64,000 nucleotides of DNA from Phoronis australis (GCA_002633005.1 NMRA01000959.1:24252-88251), one strand, 5' to 3'. Positions 51,021-64,000 are shown, counted from the stretch's first letter. The notes: generated by a model not told the origin, from the sequence alone. Program-made: numbers and translations.

Positions 51021-53601
51021 AAATTATTCATTTAAAAGGTTATTATTGTGTGTTGGAAAGAATTCATTTGCCATGTTTCATGACAGTCCGTGATGGATTT
51101 CAGGAAATGTAAACAACCATTTCACACAAACTTATTATAGGTCCAGCATGAAGTTTAGGATCCGATACCACCACAGACAAAAAACAAACAAACGCCATAA
51201 AGAGGTACCACAGCAGTCGGACTTTTCCAACATTAGCTGTGGTGTTCTCGGTAGAAATACATTTGCCAGTTTTCATAATGATAACTTTACTAGAGACTTT
51301 TCGGAGACGTGCACCAATGAACAATTTCTAAATTCCAAAAATGGTCACTGGCAATAAATGGCTTACAATACGTCAATAGTACACACAGTCATGGCTATGT
51401 TCGCTTTTACACAAAGTATATGCCAAATTTCATGACAATCCGTCTAAGCAGGTATTACGGACGAAAGCGAGAAAACAAATTGCCATTACGTGGTGCCACC
51501 GTTGTGAAGAGCCATCGAAAAATCATCGTAAGCCGTCTGCGTCCCAGAAGGACCACGCATGTGTTCACAATCGTCCTTAACAAACATGAATATGCCAATC
51601 TCATGTCAATATGTCAATCCTTAAAATAGCTTGGTACGGAGAAAGCTGACTCCAAGAACCCTTAAAAACGTTTAAGACAGAGACTACAGTTAGAAGTTGC
51701 AAAAAAGATGCACGTAAATTCTCTCTCAACAAAGCAAGAAGAGGGCGACGTATTCTCAAAGAAATACCTACTTCCAAACTTTTTACGAAAATTCCTTCAT
51801 AACTCGAAAGATATAAGGTGAAGCGTAAAAATTAAATTCGCCATTAAACGGCACACCCTCGGGTAATGGGATCCATCTAAAAATAGGTCATACCGTACAA
51901 TCCATGATACCAACACGTTTGCAAAATTTCACAAACATCCACCCAGGGTTTTTGGATATAAAACAGTGGATGGTCACCGAACGAAAGAAAAACCCTAAAA
52001 GGGATGCCAGAAGGGGGTGAAAGCGTGGCGCACTCGCATATACATTTAGGCATGCGGCCGCATAAAACGAAAACAAGATTAAGCAAATTCGTCAAGCAAT
52101 AAACTGCCGCAAAATTGGAAATTGTGAGAAAATATTTTTCAAATTTCAAAAAAATTGAATTAAAATGCAAAATTGTTTAATCTGCGGGTCAGTATGTTAG
52201 TACATTATACGCTTGTCCTATCATGTACGTTCTGTTTGGAAATAGACATCTAACCCTCATTTGTGGCTGGGTAGCTACAGATCACTAAAAACGATTATTG
52301 ACTGACTGATTGATACATTTGCACGATCTGGCATGGATGGGAACTCGTAAAACATGTGGAGCAGAAATATTTAACTAAAAGTGTCGACAAACTATTAAAA
52401 AACATTACAGCTACATCCTTATAAAACTGTATCACCAGCGAGCTGTTGCGGTGAATTGAAAAATACCAGTCTACACGTTCACCAAATTGGGTGCTAAACC
52501 TCCCACAATTACGTGTTGATTACATTCACATATAAGCTGTCGCATATTTAATATTCAAAGAAAAGAAACTACTTCCAACTGTAATGGAAATGTATTTTCA
52601 TTGCCAACTACATTTAACTAACGGGATATCTTTGATGTCCCCATGAAGATTATTTAAAAAGTTGGAAAATGACATGAAATGAGATGTGAAGATGCCATAT
52701 TTCTAATATCACGAAACATGAAGGCTAATATATGAGACCCAAGTTTTGAGAAAACAAACTTTGTTTTACAACGCTCACTGGTTTAAGGTTATGTTGGAGC
52801 CTCGAAAATGGCCAACTTTGGGAATAACAATTGCAACATTAGATCTTACAAATGACTTTCGGGATTCATATGATTATAAGATGGGTTATGGAAGATTCTT
52901 TAAAATTTTGTTCCGAGTCATTTTGAAATATCTAGTTGAAAATTTGTATAGAATAAACATAGTCATGTTATTGGAAATGTTTTGTTACAGACGTAACGTT
53001 CTTTTTTGTTTATTTTTGTTAGAATGAGAGTTCTCGTGACAAAATTATTAACACTTTGGTATAAGGTCACAAGTCAAACTCTACAGGCTCTGTTGATTCA
53101 AAAAAGATTTACAGTTACTGAGACAAAACTACTATTTTGAAGATATTTTGAAGAATACATAAGCTTCTGAAAATTTAAACCCACACAAACCTGGAACACG
53201 TTCAACATTAGACGGCGCCAGTGGTGCCATGTACGCTTGTCTTTCGGTAACTCGTCTCAGCGAAATCTCGTGCTTTTGGCCTTTAAAAGCTATTTTGAGT
53301 GCTAGCAATTCCACAATTACCTTCGAGCATTTCGTTTAGAGCAAAGGCGAGTGATTTTATTTGATTCCTCTGACAAAAATGGAGTCGTAATTCATGTTTT
53401 TATAATCGAAATCGCGCTTTCTTTGTCTGACTGAATCAGCAGCTTCTTACGCATTTTGTTTCACTTTGAAATTGGCACTTCTTGACCGACCAAAGTAGTG
53501 CTCTAGATAACTTTATAACGAAGTTTGATAGACTGGCGATTATTTGCAGTCACTGTGCAGCATATGAATAATTCGTAAACACGTAATGTTGTTTTTCTTA
53601 C

Positions 53602-53689
53602 TTAATCCAATCTCCACACAACTCCTTTAGTTTTTCAAAATCTCCACCAATGACACGTTCAGCAACTTCCAGTAGCACCTGTTGATGAA
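53602..53689 (-). CDS. DED-like domain, exon a, module 2 (5' part in gap)
   Basis: HQQVLLEVAERVIGGDFEKLKELCGDWI with AA|GTAAG donor; paralogous to 36810-36921. Confidence 0.8.
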
Positions 53690-54394
53690 NNNNNNNNNNN
53701 NNNNNNNNNNNNNNNNNNNNNNNNNNNNNNNNNNNNNNNNNNNNNNNNNNNNNNNNNNNNNNNNNNNNNNNNNNNNNNNNNNNNNNNNNNNNNNNNNNNN
53801 NNNNNNNNNNNNNNNNNNNNNNNNNNNNNNNNNNNNNNNNNNNNNNNNNNNNNNNNNNNNNNNNNNNNNNNNNNNNNNNNNNNNNNNNNNNNNNNNNNNN
53901 NNNNNNNNNNNNNNNNNNNNNNNNNNNNNNNNNNNNNNNNNNNNNNNNNNNNNNNNNNNNNNNNNNNNNNNNNNNNNNNNNNNNNNNNNNNNNNNNNNNN
54001 NNNNNNNNNNNNNNNNNNNNNNNNNNNNNNNNNNNNNNNNNNNNNNNNNNNNNNNNNNNNNNNNNNNNNNNNNNNNNNNNNNNNNNNNNNNNNNNNNNNN
54101 NNNNNNNNNNNNNNNNNNNNNNNNNNNNNNNNNNNNNNNNNNNNNNNNNNNNNNNNNNNNNNNNNNNNNNNNNNNNNNNNNNNNNNNNNNNNNNNNNNNN
54201 NNNNNNNNNNNNNNNNNNNNNNNNNNNNNNNNNNNNNNNNNNNNNNNNNNNNNNNNNNNNNNNNNNNNNNNNNNNNNNNNNNNNNNNNNNNNNNNNNNNN
54301 NNNNNNNNNNNNNNNNNNNNNNNNNNNNNNNNNNNNNNNNNNNNNNNNNNNNNNNNNNNNNNNNNNNNNNNNNNNNNNNNNNNNNNNNNNNNNN
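53690..54394. other. Assembly gap (705 N)
   Basis: Run of Ns. Confidence 1.
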
Positions 54395-54630
54395 GACCAT
54401 GTATTACATAGCCACCATACCACATGACCATGTATTACATAGCCACCATACCACATGACCATGTATTACATAGCCACCATACCACATGACCATGTATTAC
54501 ATAGCCACCATACCACATGACCATGTATTACATAGCCACCATAGCACATGACCATGTATTACATAGCCACATAACCACATAACCACATGACAATGTTTTA
54601 CATAGCCACATCACCGCATCACCATGTATT
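54395..54630. repeat. 31-bp minisatellite (GACCATGTATTACATAGCCACCATACCACAT) running into the gap
   Basis: At least 5 near-perfect copies followed by degenerate ones. Confidence 0.9.
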
Positions 54631-55544
54631 ACTTAGCTGCAATGCGACATGAGCTGGCAATCCAGACATCTGTGGATTGTTTGAGAATTGTGGCATGTCT
54701 ATCATGGGATTTGGCGGTAATAACCAGTGCAGATCAAAGCTAATGTGGTCATTTGCTTCGCATATCATTGTCTTAAGAACTGTTTCGACATCGTACTGTT
54801 TGACCATAGTTTATAGACTCTGTGCAGCGTAGGCAGGCCAACCAAGAGGGCTTACCGAAAGTGAGGCGCCAAGTAAAACTAGCAAGCCACACCAAGAACT
54901 TCCAACCTACAGGGGATACAAAGGTGCAAGTGTATGCTAGGGAGCTAACTTGCATATCCCTATTTTCACCCTTTGGTGGCGCTACAAAAATTATTGTTGT
55001 TTAGGAAACGATATCTCTTTTAACTGCGCAAACGTGAAAGCGTGGGTTTCCAAACATGCCGAACTATTATTAAATTTGACACATCAGCTCAGTTCCGGGC
55101 ATGGTGGAAAATCCGTGCAAGTTTGAATAGCTGCAGTCAAACTGAATGAAAATTGAGGTCGAAATATTGTATAATGGTACATACTTCACCGTTTCCATAT
55201 CTTGAGCGTCGATTTTTCGCTTTGGGCCGTGAGGGTAAGATAATAGCTTGCGTCCTTCAGGACGAACACTGTATTGATTTCCGTAGAACGCAAGACATTC
55301 GTTTATGCTGTCGGCGAAAAATCCCAATCTCACCAACATTGTAGCTCGTTCAGCGATCACCGTTTTTTTCCACCGTAAGTCAGGCTATTAAGCTAGCTAC
55401 CATACTTATGAAACACAAACGTTTCACTAAAGTGATTTTGAGATGTCTTCTGGTATCTTGCTTTTTAGAGAAAATAGGCTTACAGAGCGGTATACGCCAC
55501 GAAGGTGACTTTAATTCACGCTATGAAAACTCAATATTTCTTAC

Positions 55545-55578
55545 CTGTTGTATTGGGCGTTCCGCTTGCCGACTCTTT
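55545..55578 (-). CDS. Linker micro-exon (phase 0 to 1), module 2
   Basis: TTTCATTTCAG|AAA GAG...ACA G|GTAAG encodes KESASGTPNTT. Confidence 0.75.
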
Positions 55579-58074
55579 CTGAAATGAAACAAAATTCAAA
55601 GCACAGAAATAATTACTAGTACACTGGTATTTCTTCGTGGAAAATTTATTAACTTGAGCAACACAAGACCTGGCGAAAATCTCAAAATTACCAGTTAATT
55701 ACATTCTGCATTTACCGATATAATAACAACAGGTAGGCCAAGACTGCCTCAAACTCATTCATTTTAAGTACAACAAAGTATCATTTTTCAAGATTCGGTG
55801 AACTGTACAACAAAGAACTTGGACGTTTAAGGCTTCTGTGCTGCAACGCAATAGACTTCAGTGATGTTATATTTTTATAATATGTAAACATGAAAAGATC
55901 CCTAAGTTGTTATCAGTATAGATTGAACAATACGACATACATCGCACCATGGCTGAACAAATTGTCCAACGAATTCGGAGTCGGTTAGGGTTTTTTAGTT
56001 AGATTTTATTTGTAGTTAACAATGAAAAATGAGATCGCAATTTCCTGTTAAAAACTTGAATCAGGGTAAAAACGTCATTGTTAACATGTCTACGTTCATG
56101 TGTGACGTTGGTTCCAAGCCAAAGGTACACTGAGACTGGTTTCATCAGGACACTGTCAAGACTTGAACGGGATAGCGCCCTTGGTCTCGTTTTCTGCAAC
56201 CTGGGCCAAATGCTTGGCGTTTTTTCCAGACTGGAAAACACTTTAAAACTAATGCATTAAGTACTTGAATGACTTTGATCCTTTATGCAACAGACCCTAA
56301 GCTGCAGGATATTTTTTTCTGCGTACATCCTGGAAACTACAATGTAATAGTGGGCCTATGATACTTATAATCTCTTCCATCTCCAGTAGTTCACTCAAAA
56401 GCTTCGAATGCATGTCCATATTACTAGTACATGTATAGAATAAGATCCGTACATTCTAGACAGTTCCTTAGATGGAAGTCAAGTTGAAGACAGAATTCGT
56501 GAAATTAACAAATCTCAAATCTAATCAATTACTCCAAAGATCAGAAAAAAGCAGTAGCTGCAATCCGTAAACGAGAGATGTTCACACGTACAGTACACGT
56601 ACACACCGATACACAAGCACAACCTTGCACATGCACCCATATTAACAAACACAAAGCATAAAATCTTATGAAGGAGGTAACAACTATCTACTGATATGTC
56701 AAGATCAGTTTTTTAAACGAGTTAAAGAGTTAAGCTTAAAATGTGTTTCCTTTGTTACATTACACGTTGGTCAACGTGAATGATATTCGATTGTGCTCGT
56801 CTCTAGGCAATCACTCTACGGCTTGGTTAAACATGTTACGGCACGTTACATACACGCATTTGACATACAACTACAGGTAGTATCTAGCAATGCCATTAAA
56901 ACTAGAAAAACAACAACAAATTGATTGTGCCGACATTGAATATTGTAACATCCAACGGACAAAGTGGGGACCACCAGAAGATGGTGCTCAAAGTCGGATG
57001 ATGAAAGAAAGGATCTGGCCATAAATGCACCATGCACGAGCTTTGTGATTTGATAAGATGAACTCTAAATCAGTGATGTTAGTTAGAGTGTCACATGGAG
57101 AATGGTCAAGCCAGTCATGATACTTATTAGCGTTTGTATGTAAATGTTTAATGTTGGAAGGTTCATTAAATATTGTTACTTTTCATCTTGTTTTTGCTAC
57201 TGAATTGTCTGCCGTGACAGCGTTTCCTGGGTTACTTTAATATAGTGACTTGGTCACTTCATTTTTGCCACCCCAAAGAAGTGAATGTCTTAAAAAACTC
57301 ATTAAGGGTCAAGTTTAACTGAATCATAGAGGTGTAACACAGGTGACGGGTACGTGACTAAAAGGGGTAATTTCCCATCAATGTTTGATGAAACGTGCAC
57401 AAAAGTTTTTGGTGATTGCATTTCCGGTATTTATACCCCACCCTTCGGCCCAACCACTAAAATCCCCACGCATGTAAGCGATTAAAAAATCGGCAATCAC
57501 CATGGTGCAAAAGAAGAGGCCATGATAGTTTGAAATTCCGAAGCACTTAGGCAGAGGTAAACCACTTTTCCAAAGTGGAATTTATTTCTTCCCCACAATA
57601 TTTATGGCCATACAAGTCTGTCCTGCATAGACAGAAATCTATTGTAAGTACAAATATTCCTCCTAAACTCAAAACACATTAAACAAGGCACAATTTGCAC
57701 GCCGTTGTAATGTCCTAAGAAAACAAGTTCTCTTTTAATTCGTCTGATTAAATAACACTTCCATAATTTCAGTCTATTGTATAAAAAATCCTTAATTCCA
57801 AAGACGCATCTCAAACGTGTCGCATGCATTGCTTTGCATTTAAAAAGGTAAAATAAATCTTCAAAAATATCCCATTCATATTAGCAAGTCCCAGCGGATC
57901 AAACACTTTGAGTTTGGTCAGGGAGTATGGTTAGATGAATGGTTATTTTATCATTTTTGCCATTGTCAATTCAAGTCCTTCCATACGTTGTAACAAAAAC
58001 GAGGACTACTTCACCACAATACAAGTAACCTCTAGTCCCACACACAAAGACAATCAAGATGAATAAATACTTAC

Positions 58075-58934
58075 ATGAACCTTCACAGACCTGTCCATCA
58101 GCGTTTCTTTGTAGATTAGTTCCTTCACACACAGTTGAACCTTGTCAGCTGCAAGTGCTCTAACACCAGTTCTTATCATAGAAAAAACTGTACATGCCCT
58201 TTCACAATGATCCCTTTCAAGTTTAAACTCTCTTGAGTAAATTTGTTTCTTTTCGTCATCTTTAATGGACCAGCAATCAACTCCAAATGACAACGTTGCA
58301 CTATTTATCAAACGCATTTTGTAACTTGTACACTCGTGTTCAATGTCATCAGTACGCTCAACGTCCACGCCATGACAAAATAGTTGAACTATCAACCCTC
58401 CATCTTGTCTATCTTGTCTATCTTTTATATGTATGTAGGGACATATCTTGCACATGTATGACGCTTCGAGTATATGTTTGATGGTCGTAAACACGTCAGT
58501 AGCGATAGGTGATGTGAAATCTGCCAGCCAAGCAATATTAACCATTGAACATGTTTTACAGGTGAAGATTATTTCCCCCCATTCCATCCTGACATTGCAA
58601 TCTTCAGTAATGTCTGTCACTTCACCATCTTTTTCATGCAATATGCGAAAGTCTTCGCTGTCTATTCGTTGATCATTCACCTTTTCAAACATTGTTCTAA
58701 GAGGTACTCGAATTTGGACTGGCTTTGAGAATGTTGCATCTTCATCTTCACTAGCTACACATATAACCTGACAATGGAGGATAACTCTGCCTTTAGTTTT
58801 GTCATGCACTTCTCGTGCTGACAACGACTGATCTACAAACTCAATGTTTATGTCCCCGAATATTGCGTTGGGCGGTACTCTAATTTGAACCCCTTTGTAC
58901 CGCATAACTCCACCGGCTGTTCCATCGATGGTTG
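58075..58934 (-). CDS. ZU5 domain + UPA-like region exon, module 2
   Basis: ATIDGTAGGVMRYKGVQIRVPPNAI...FSKPVQIRVP...CKTCS; 860-bp open exon with the same splice positions and phases as 41516-42363. Confidence 0.8.
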
Positions 58935-61510
58935 CTATAGGGATAGAAATGAAAATTACATGTATTGGTACGAAGAACATCGGGAATTCTTAGACATTCA
59001 TGAAGGGGCGCCGCACGGCCTACAGTAGTTTCTGTACCTGCCGTTTGATTCAAAAGACCAGCTTGAAAATGACTGAAACATTGCTGGGCGTTTAGTTAGC
59101 AGGGAGGTCCTAATGATCTCACGATACAGGATGGTCCTACTAATTTGACGATACAGGTTGGTCCTGCTGATCTCACGATACTAAACATTAGCACCATTAC
59201 AAATCAATGCAGTGTGAGTATTGTTGACTTTGCAAAGTATCCAAAACAGCGGACCCACTGATATGTACATGTATCAAGCCATAACGAACTTATGTGCAGT
59301 TTTTAAAACTGTTCACTACATTTTTTACTTCTCCGATACCAGAATAGTTAACCTGATACGTGCAATGTAGACATCCACTAAAAATTATAAATGGAAACTT
59401 ATCTTTCATTTCTATCCTTAGTTCTAATCTGGACAGGTGGACAAAGATAACAACAGTTTACAACAAGCGCAAACGTATGACATTAAATGCAACAAAAAAC
59501 CTGTTTCATCATGCACTATCCTTTGTGACAACTATGACACTCTCTTTGTACTTCAAGGTAGCTGGTTGTGGGTGAACATAAGGAATACTGAGGGACAGGC
59601 ACTGCAGTTCTACCACCCCTCTATTGGGAAAGATTCATAATTTCCAAATGAACAACAAAGCCCTTCGTTTTAAAGCAAAGGTATATTTTGATGCTAACTT
59701 ACAGGTAGGACACGCGTCTCCGAAGTCGCTTCTAAATAACAAAATTCCCCTGACTATTCCCAAATGACGGCAAATTTTAGATAATGGACCCACTGTAGTA
59801 ATAAACTAAAGGACACCGACTTGTGAAACTGTGACCAAAATACGGAGGCGTCCTACTGTAAATTTCCGCGGGTGCCGACCGCTCGCCTTTGAAGTCAACT
59901 AATGACAGGAAACGACACTGGCCCTGTATTCATTTAGTATTGTTAATCGATAAAACATACTCGTATGTTGAGTTCTCAACAAAGAAAACTTCTCATCGAC
60001 TCAAAACAATGAGTTCCTCACCTAGATTTCAGAAACGGGCACGCGTACTTTATTTTTGACAGCTCTCCCATCAGAGCACCGGAGTATCCCGAATTGCCCT
60101 TGTATGTGACGTTCGACCCTTGATATAAACACAGATGTAAGAATGGAAATTTTAAGCCGTAGACATTCCAACTTCTTTAGTGCATGCCATATATCCGCTT
60201 GCAATATTAAATATGAACAACTCTCACATTAGCATCCCATGAAGTATATTCTCCGCAATCTTTGAAATGTAGTTTTTACAAGTTTTTCGTTCCCATGCAC
60301 CTTTAAGGTCAAGCGGTACTCTAAACAAATGTCCAACTTTACCTTGGCGTCTTACGTTATGCAATTACATGTACGTCTATGGCATGTTTATATTTGGTCA
60401 TTGAAAAGTTACCACTACACAATACTTCGAGTACTTTGTACTTGTAACCCTGTCGCTTATGGTGAGATTTTTCATGGTACAGGCTGTACGTTGTTGTTTG
60501 CAGAGATAAAATTTAAAAATACAAGACGTTGATAACCACTGATGGATATTTCAACCACACACCAATCTGTTCATATGTATTACATAGCCACATAAGCTGG
60601 CAGTCCCGACTTGGGTGGATTGTTAGAGTATGCTGACAACACTACCGTGGGATTTGGCGGTATGAACATATAAAACGAAGCAATGCTAATGTGGTCTCGT
60701 GTTTCGCGTATAATGTATGGCAATATCTTAAAAACTGTTTCATTATCTTAATGTTTTACTATGTCTTTTTCTTAGCAACACAGGCAGGCTGACCAGGAAG
60801 GCGCTCTGGACATGAGGTCCCAAGTGAAAAAACCAACCTCATACCAAGAGCATGCAAAGCGGAAAAAGCACGAGATGCAAAGGTGCAAGTGTTTTGGGTG
60901 TATGCTTGGAAGTTAACTAGTATATCCCGGTAAAATTCCCTATTTGCACCCTTTGGTGGTACTGCATATTGCTTGTTGTTTAGGAAAAGTCTCCTGTGAA
61001 AGCTAGGGTATCCAAACACGCCGAACCATTTGTAGCTCAGAAATTGCACTTTGTTTGAGGACATAATAGCGAATTTGACCGAATTGGTGGGATTAAAATC
61101 TTCCCTGAAGGTACTGAGTTCGAAGTTTCTATTCCATTTTTTCAGATGTTTCGGCGTGCGCCGTGAGGACAAAATAATAGCTTGCGATCTTCAGAACGAC
61201 ACCGGATTGATTTCCGGGGATCGCAGGACATTCTTTCCTCTGCCGGGGAAAATCTCAGCTTATTGTACAAAAACACTGAATTCAATCTCATATTTTAACA
61301 TTCCAATCTCACCAACAAAGTAGTTTGTTCATTGATCGGAACAGTTCTACAGTAGGCCAGACTTCTTAAACATTTGCATTTGAGTAGCGTGAATGCGCGA
61401 AGTCATGAGATATCTTGCTTTTTCGAGAGAAAATAGGTCTACAGAAGTATTCCAAGTATAGGTCACGGATGTGAGTCAGATTAACGCTATGAAACCTCAA
61501 TCCTCCTTAC

Positions 61511-61550
61511 CAGTTGGCGGTGCATCAGATTCCAGTCTGAACAAGTGTTC
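61511..61550 (-). CDS. Linker micro-exon (phase 0 to 1), module 3
   Basis: TTCGTTTTAG|GAA CAC...ACT G|GTAAG encodes EHLFRLESDAPPT, within the third copy of the homologous intron block. Confidence 0.7.
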
Positions 61551-63932
61551 CTAAAACGAAACGAAATTCAACGCACAGAAATAGTTACGAGTGCAGTAGC
61601 ATATCTTTGAGATAAATCAATTAATCTGACCAACACAAGACCTTGCGAAAATTTCAAAATTACTATGCATGAATTTACACCTATATGCTTTGCCAGGTGA
61701 CTGACAATTTTTAAATTTAACTCGTTGATAAATTACTTTATTACTTCCGCTTAATATTGCATTGGCCGTCATAATAATCATCAAGTACGTCCAAACTGGT
61801 TTGCATTAAAATTTATTCAATTTAAATACAATAAAATAGCACGTTTCAACTTCAAAGAACTGAACAACCGAGAAATTAAGATTTGAAAGCCTCGATGCTG
61901 CAATACAATAGATTTTAGTAATGATTCGTTACTTTTTATTATGTTAAAATTAAGCGATCCTGGGTTGATATCAGCATTGATTAAATACTACGAGATGCAT
62001 CACGCCAAGGGTGATTAAATTGTCAAAAGAATTTAACGTCTGTAAGGCTTTTTAAATTGGATATTATTTAATGATTTTTAACATACGTGTCATTAAATCA
62101 CAATAAAATGAGGTCGCCAGGTGCAGTCAACAACATGAATCACATTAAAAACGTCCGTGTTAACAGGTTTATGTATATGAGGGTCTTCAGTAGTTAGTCA
62201 AGGATGCACTGGGCCACGTTGCAGGAAACAGGACCAAAACTTGATCTCGCTTTCTGTAACTTGAGTCAAATGTTTGGCGCTTTTCAGAGCGGAAAACCTT
62301 TTACACAATTACAAAAAGTTCTTTATTGAATTTGATGTTTCATGGAGCTGAACTTAGGCCCTGCGATGTTTTTTTTTCGGCGTCCATCCACGAAACTACG
62401 ATGGAATAGTGGTAAACAAATTTCACGATCTGATCCATCTCCAGTACCTGACTGGAAAGCTTCGATTAAATGTCTAGCATAGACTTAGATACGTGCATAC
62501 TAGAACTTCCTTAAATGGAAGTTAAGATAAAGACAAAAGTCGCGAAGATAATAAACAAATATCGAATCTCATCGATTGCTCCAAAGGTCAAAAGTAAGCA
62601 GTCGTAAAAGCATAGCCGCAATCCGCACACCCGTACACTCGTGGACAAGCACTGACTTAAACAAATATCGTGCATAAACGCCTGTCTATGAGGTGCAGGA
62701 GGTAAAAGGAGTCTATTTCAATTGTCACCATGAAGTTTTATCGGAAAAAGTTGAACAGTTGCAATTAAAGTATTCATTATTGCCACCAGGAAATAAATCA
62801 AACAGCCCACAACAAGACAACACTTCTCGCCACCAATTACCTTGTATATTTTTCATTAAACCGTATATTTCCAAATCACGGAAAATAGTCAACCAAAAGA
62901 CTGCATAGTTGTTTTCGTAGCTTCAAACCAGTCCTTTTGTTGGTACTATTTGATTGTGCTTGTCTCTATGCAGTTCCTCTACGGCTTAGTTAAAAATGGA
63001 AGGGCATTGAGCACAGGCATTTTGACATAGGATCTAACAATTCCAAAAATACTAGATTAAATTACTTACATCGGGGTTTGCCGCAATTTATTGCCACAAT
63101 ACTTTACATGCGTATTAAGGTTTGCAGAAGACATGAAGTCTAGAATACAGCAACCCTATTACCTACATGTACTTGAGAACCTCGCTAGAATCTATCCACA
63201 CTGACGTGTTCTCAATTTTAAATACATGGCAGTATCTCACGCAATCTCCCGAAGTTTGCTCTTTTAGCGAGGTTCTAGTGTTACTGAACTCTACCCATCA
63301 TAAGAAGATCATTAATGTCTTCTGCATCATGCATAATATCATAAATACTCTTGTATATCCCCAACATATCTGTCTCTTAGCAACACCTTCTGATTATCAT
63401 GAATCAGATATTCAAAACAGACTTCATCCTTTCAGCATTAGAAGCTGACAAAAGCTTTTTTACTAATATTTAATAAGAAATTTCTCTAATATTTTAAGAA
63501 TGTCCTTGATTTATAGCCTTTAGGCAACACCACGTATCGGTGATAGTTGAGGGAATGTTTTTCATTTTTATTATGAACTAGTTAAGTAATCATCGCAGGT
63601 GTATAGTTTGCTTTTTAAAGTCCACAAAAGTATTTTTAGGCCTTTCGCCATCTTCAATCCATACCGCCTTTTATATAAGTATCAATCATTGTGTGTATTT
63701 TTTTCGAATTTCTTCTAGTTCATGTAAACGCTGACACGACCTGGGTTTTTAAACGCAAGTTCAGCAAATACTATCGATAGGCACCTTATTGCTTTCGGCC
63801 TCACCATCAGCAGCACCTAAAGCTTGGTGGAGTGAACCCACAGTTGCACCTCTTTGTCTCCTGTGTTTCTGAGGCTGACAGTGAACAAGTTGCTCATCAC
63901 AATAGTCCATGGACCAGTTTGAGAAAAAAGCA

Positions 63933-64000
63933 ATGTACATAGAATGAGGCTATATACATGTACATAGAATGGGGCTATATACATGTACATAGAATGGGGC
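63933..64000. repeat. 25-bp tandem repeat (ATGTACATAGAATGGGGCTATATAC) running off the window
   Basis: Two full copies and one partial copy. Confidence 0.85.

Noticed and set aside
53598-54462. Long ORFs of 257-277 aa in the ORF track
   Set aside because: Artefacts of reading through the N gap; only 53602-53689 is supported as coding.

Overview
This is AT-rich, intron- and repeat-dense eukaryotic DNA; the repeat families suggest a marine invertebrate, possibly a mollusc (inference). The left end holds the first coding exon of a BTB/Kelch-like gene (minus strand). About 3-30 kb is mostly decayed transposons: RTE-X-like and CR1-group LINEs, one with an intact 2A 'StopGo' motif, and a pogo/DDE_1 transposase relic carrying an embedded OTU deubiquitinase-like domain and a PHD finger. 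Two near-identical duplications there start exactly at single-N junctions and are probably uncollapsed alleles. About 31.7-64 kb holds a large minus-strand gene that can be spliced by hand into one continuous frame, apart from one acceptor hidden in a gap. It is built from tandemly duplicated modules of ZU5(+UPA-like) exon, linker micro-exon and two-exon death effector domain (DED), giving ...(ZU5/UPA?)-ZU5/UPA-DED-ZU5/UPA-DED-stop. Every module is phase-1 symmetric. This PIDD/UNC5-like architecture, with DED in place of DD and multiplied in tandem, is the most interesting feature. Domain calls were made by eye; no searches were run.
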